Source of the DNA: Narcine bancroftii
Lineage: Eukaryota
Direction: 5' to 3'
DNA length: 64,000 nt
Assembly (NCBI RefSeq): GCF_036971445.1
Contig: NC_091480.1
Span: forward strand, 96,224,001 to 96,288,000
Program-made: the position numbers and the translations under genes
In this document: positions 62,854 to 64,000 of the stretch, one piece after another
Numbering within the stretch: position 1 is the stretch's first letter
Layout: the number at the start of each line of letters is the position of its first letter
The notes under the pieces: model-generated
Told to the model about the DNA's origin: nothing
The model's database searches: none
What the model saw: the letters and a program-made list of their open reading frames with translations, nothing else

Positions 62854-64000
62854 GACCATTCCTGGAATGTGAAGCAGTATCAATGAGAACCATAGAACAG
62901 TAGAGCACAGATAATAGGACCTTTGGCCCTTCTAGTCTCTGTTGAATTATTATTCTTCCCCTGTCTCATTTACCTGGATCCAATCAATAGCCCTCCCATC
63001 CAAATTTCCCTTAAATGTTAAAAATGAGGCCACATTCACCACTTCAGCTGAACGCTCATTACTGAGAGTCAATGAACATTAACGCAGAGGTTTCTCAGAT
63101 TAAATCTGAAATGTGTGTGATTCAAGATTTCTCAATATCCTGTGACTCTATGCTTCTTTTTTTTTACTTCAAAGATCATTTATTTTCAAGTGTATTTAAT
63201 TCTGAAGTGAAGAGAGTTGCCCAGCAATCTCTAGAGATAAAAAGACCCACTCATTTCAAGAGATTGGCGCAACCTTGAATAGGCGCTCCTATCTTCTATG
63301 TTTCTATGCGTGCATAACGAGTCAATTAGGGACGATTAAAACAGTGGTTTTCAAACTTTTTCTTTCCATTCACATCCCTTACTAATCACAGAGCACCTAT
63401 GGCATTGGGATTATTTAAGGTGGTACGTGAGTGGGAAGAAAAAGTTGAAAAATCATTAGATCACATGATCGCTTTCCAAGCAGCTTCACAGCACAAGGGA
63501 CCTGGCTTCGATCCTGTGTGGACTTTGTACAATGCAACTCTACGACTAAGTAAACCTCGGTGACCTCATGGGGCTTACCCTGAGTACTCTGGTTTTCTCC
63601 CATGTCCAAAAGATGTGTGGGTTGGTAATTCATTGGAGAGTGGAAGGATCTGGGAGGAATTGATAAGAATGGGAAGATTAACATTGGAGATGGAGGATTA
63701 ATAGTTGGGATGGAATCAGTGGACCACGCTACTTAATATTTAGAATATCTTTCTTTAATTCCATCATATTATGACTTTGCAGAATATCTTGTTCAATCTG
63801 AGTCTCCCTGTCACTTTAGTTCTCGGTCTCTCTCTCTGATTCTCTGTCAAAGTGCCACTGAATTTTCTTTTCTGGCTACCTGGATAGCATGCAGAACTAA
63901 TTTTTCATGGAATCTCTGTGCAATGACAATGAACTAAACTCTAACTTTTTTCTCTTTCTGATAATATATCCTGTTCTCCAAGTTTCTAAACATTGCCGTA

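Overview
Eukaryotic (vertebrate) genomic DNA. The repeat landscape (V-SINE/HE1-type tRNA SINEs, CR1, Rex1/Babar, L1, RTE-BovB, Penelope-like elements, hAT/Tigger MITEs, solo LTRs) points to a cartilaginous fish; this is an inference. The main feature is one spliced minus-strand gene at about 49753 to 11513 encoding a Ca2+/calmodulin-dependent myosin light chain kinase of the smooth-muscle (MYLK1) type, probably the mylk5 paralog. I rebuilt it by hand from GT-AG exons with consistent phases: N-terminal exon in a CpG island, Ig, linker, Ig, FN3, poly-Glu linker, intact kinase domain and autoinhibitory/CaM-binding segment. It is about 737 aa from 14 core exons, or about 777 aa with two optional phase-1 exons. 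No C-terminal telokin Ig domain is visible. Downstream lie a frameshifted duplicate of the CaM-binding exon and a diverged copy of an intronic segment. Other points of interest are minimal hammerhead-ribozyme motifs in Penelope tails, a G-quadruplex abutting the predicted start codon, a TFRxxL variant of the DFRxxL actin-binding motif, and several nested or inverted retroelement structures. Most ORFs in the supplied track are repeat-derived or spurious. There are no CRISPR arrays, rRNA genes or true tRNA genes. Repeat boundaries are approximate unless termini are quoted.
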